The notes under the pieces were generated by a model. It was given only the letters and a program-made list of their open reading frames with translations, was not told the DNA's origin and ran no database searches. The position numbers and the translations under genes are program-made. Below are positions 26,403 through 27,828 of a stretch of DNA of 27,828 bases, piece after piece (position 1 is the stretch's first letter; each line of letters opens with the position of its first letter). The stretch lies in assembly GCA_002327925.1 (NCBI GenBank), contig DCVA01000018.1:1-27828 (forward strand), written 5' to 3'. This stretch comes from Anaerolineales bacterium UBA2200 (GTDB taxonomy: Bacteria > Chloroflexota > Anaerolineae > UBA2200).

Positions 26403-27731
26403 ATGCCAGTCACGATCGACAGCAAGCTGAAAAACATTCTGGACGATCCGCAGGCCAGGGCCATCCTCGAGGAGATGAGGCCGGGGTTTGCCTCGAACCC
26501 GATGATCAAACTCGCCCTGGGCATGAACCTGAGCGCCCTGCTCAAGTTCCCGCAGGCGGGCTTTAGCGCCGAGCAGGTCGCCACGTTGACCGAGCGGTTC
26601 GCTGCGCTGGGCAAGCAAACCCCGCCAGCCACGGCCACGTCCAGTGACGCTGCCCCGGCGGCCGCCGCTGCGGACGAGCCCCAGGCGGCGCCCAGGCTCG
26701 GCTTTGAGAGTGTGGCGGGCAAGGTTGTCATCGTGACCGGCGCGAGCCGCGGCATTGGCGAAGCGATCGCCAGATGCTATGCGCAACACGGTATGAAGGT
26801 CGTGTGCGCCAACCGCAAGCCAGCCGATGGAGAAAAGCTGGCGGAGTCGATCAAGGCGGCGGGCGGAGAGGCGGTCTACTGCAAAACCGACAGCAGCGTT
26901 CCGGCCGAGGTCAAGGCGCTGGTCGAGTTCACCGTGGCCACCTACGGCCGGCTCGATGGCATCGTCAACAATGCCGGCTTGGGGCTGGGAGCAACCCCGC
27001 TGCACGAGTACACGCTCGAAGACGGCGACAGGATTGTGGACCTCAACCTCAAGGGCGTGTTCGTAGGGATGAAGTACGCCGCCGAGGCCATCTTCAAGAC
27101 GAAATCCACGGGCGGCTTTATCATCAACATCGCTTCCATCGCCGGCATTATGCCCCAGTCCGGGATGAGCCTGTACACGGCCACCAAATTCGGCGTGGTG
27201 GGCATGACCCGGTCGGCAGCGCTGGACTATGCGCCGCACAATCTGACCGTCAACGCCATCTGCCCCGGTCATACTCTGACCTCGATTTACGACATAGCTC
27301 CCCCCGAGGCCATGGAAATGTTCCGCGGGCAGTGCCCCTCCGGGCACATGTGGGAGCCCCAGGACTGTGCGAACCTGGCCCTGTTCCTGGCTTCCGACCT
27401 GGCTCGCAACATCACCGGCGCGGTGATCCCCGTGGACGGGGGCCAGGCAGCGGGACAGCGCAGCATCATGATGTGGCGGCATCCCGAGATCGTCGGAGAA
27501 GGGGACGGGTCGATCAGCTCCGACAGCACCATCGCGGCCATCCTGGAGGTTCCGGGGGCGGCGGAGATCGTCGACAGGTACCTGCCCGGCTTTTCGACCA
27601 ACGAAGAGGCCAAGCCCGCGTATGGCCTGACGTTCAAGGCGCTCTGCGAAATCCCCGCCGTGGGTGTTTCCGCGGAGGATGCCAAAAAGCTCTGCGATGA
27701 GCTGGACGAGCTGGGCAAGAGACTACGCTAG
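26403..27731 (+). CDS. SDR-family short-chain dehydrogenase/reductase flanked by two paralogous ~65-aa accessory domains (N- and C-terminal)
   Basis: ORF 26160..27731. The ATG at 26403 follows GGGAGA-N8, with an alternative ATG at 26394. Motifs: TGASRGIGEAIA (NAD(P)-binding), NNAG and catalytic YTATK. The flanking domains align as ILDDPQARAILEEMRPGFASNP...GFSAEQVATLTERFAALGK versus ILEVPGAAEIVDRYLPGFSTNE...GVSAEDAKKLCDELDELGK. Confidence 0.85.
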   Translation: MPVTIDSKLKNILDDPQARAILEEMRPGFASNPMIKLALGMNLSALLKFPQAGFSAEQVATLTERFAALGKQTPPATATSSDAAPAAAAADEPQAAPRLGFESVAGKVVIVTGASRGIGEAIARCYAQHGMKVVCANRKPADGEKLAESIKAAGGEAVYCKTDSSVPAEVKALVEFTVATYGRLDGIVNNAGLGLGATPLHEYTLEDGDRIVDLNLKGVFVGMKYAAEAIFKTKSTGGFIINIASIAGIMPQSGMSLYTATKFGVVGMTRSAALDYAPHNLTVNAICPGHTLTSIYDIAPPEAMEMFRGQCPSGHMWEPQDCANLALFLASDLARNITGAVIPVDGGQAAGQRSIMMWRHPEIVGEGDGSISSDSTIAAILEVPGAAEIVDRYLPGFSTNEEAKPAYGLTFKALCEIPAVGVSAEDAKKLCDELDELGKRLR

Positions 27732-27806
27732 GGGCCGGCAGCCAGGCCCCAAGTTCGGAGGTGAGATACCAGACGGCCGGGTGACATAGAGTGTCACTCG
27801 GTCGTC
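27731..27806 (+). other. two tandem hairpins after the SDR stop (GGGGCC-N8-GGCCCC at 27731-27750; 15-bp imperfect stem GACGGCCGGGTGACA-tagag-TGTCACTCGGTCGTC at 27772-27806), followed by AGGAGGA RBS of the next gene
   Basis: Inverted repeats read directly from the sequence. No U-tract follows. They may be a terminator or a 5'-UTR structure of the downstream gene. Confidence 0.3.
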
Positions 27807-27828
27807 TGCCCTTAGGAGGAGATTGGCG

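Noticed and set aside
26157-27482. 441-aa minus-strand ORF and 26774..27700 + alternative-frame ORF
   Set aside because: Both overlap the SDR gene, which has canonical TGxxxGxG and YxxxK motifs in its own frame. They are Arg/Gly-rich artefacts.

Overview
This is a high-GC (about 65%) bacterial chromosomal segment. Codon usage, near-leaderless promoters and Pmp-repeat/DUF11/NHL proteins joined by Pro-Thr linkers suggest a Chloroflexota-like genome, but that is inference only. It is dominated by a mosaic defence/accessory island, read 5' to 3' as follows. (1) A secreted 1111-aa beta-helix/DUF11 adhesin-like protein. (2) A lower-GC patch with a complete Type III R-M operon (mod-res, TAATG-coupled) and a small lower-GC ORF with an Rx4H HEPN-like motif. 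(3) A minus-strand marR-ABC exporter pair operon. (4) Two paralogous NHL-repeat genes whose promoters and first ~420 bp are ~99% identical: copy 1 is disrupted and copy 2 is intact. They bracket a ~6.5 kb cargo segment carrying a MazE/MazF-like toxin-antitoxin pair with an unusual HTH-MazE fusion antitoxin, a decayed lipoprotein MBL-fold pseudogene, a translationally coupled ABC-type ATPase plus small TOPRIM-like protein pair (PARIS/OLD-like split architecture, candidate defence system), and an MmeI-like Type IIG single-chain RM enzyme. (5) A flotillin-like SPFH protein, a TetR regulator and a divergently transcribed SDR oxidoreductase with duplicated N- and C-terminal accessory domains. TetR and the SDR gene appear to be driven from overlapping promoters that share one palindromic -10/operator. 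No rRNA, tRNA, CRISPR array, integrase or transposase was recognised. Many long antisense ORFs in the track are high-GC artefacts. All coordinates are hand-counted and may be off by a few nt.
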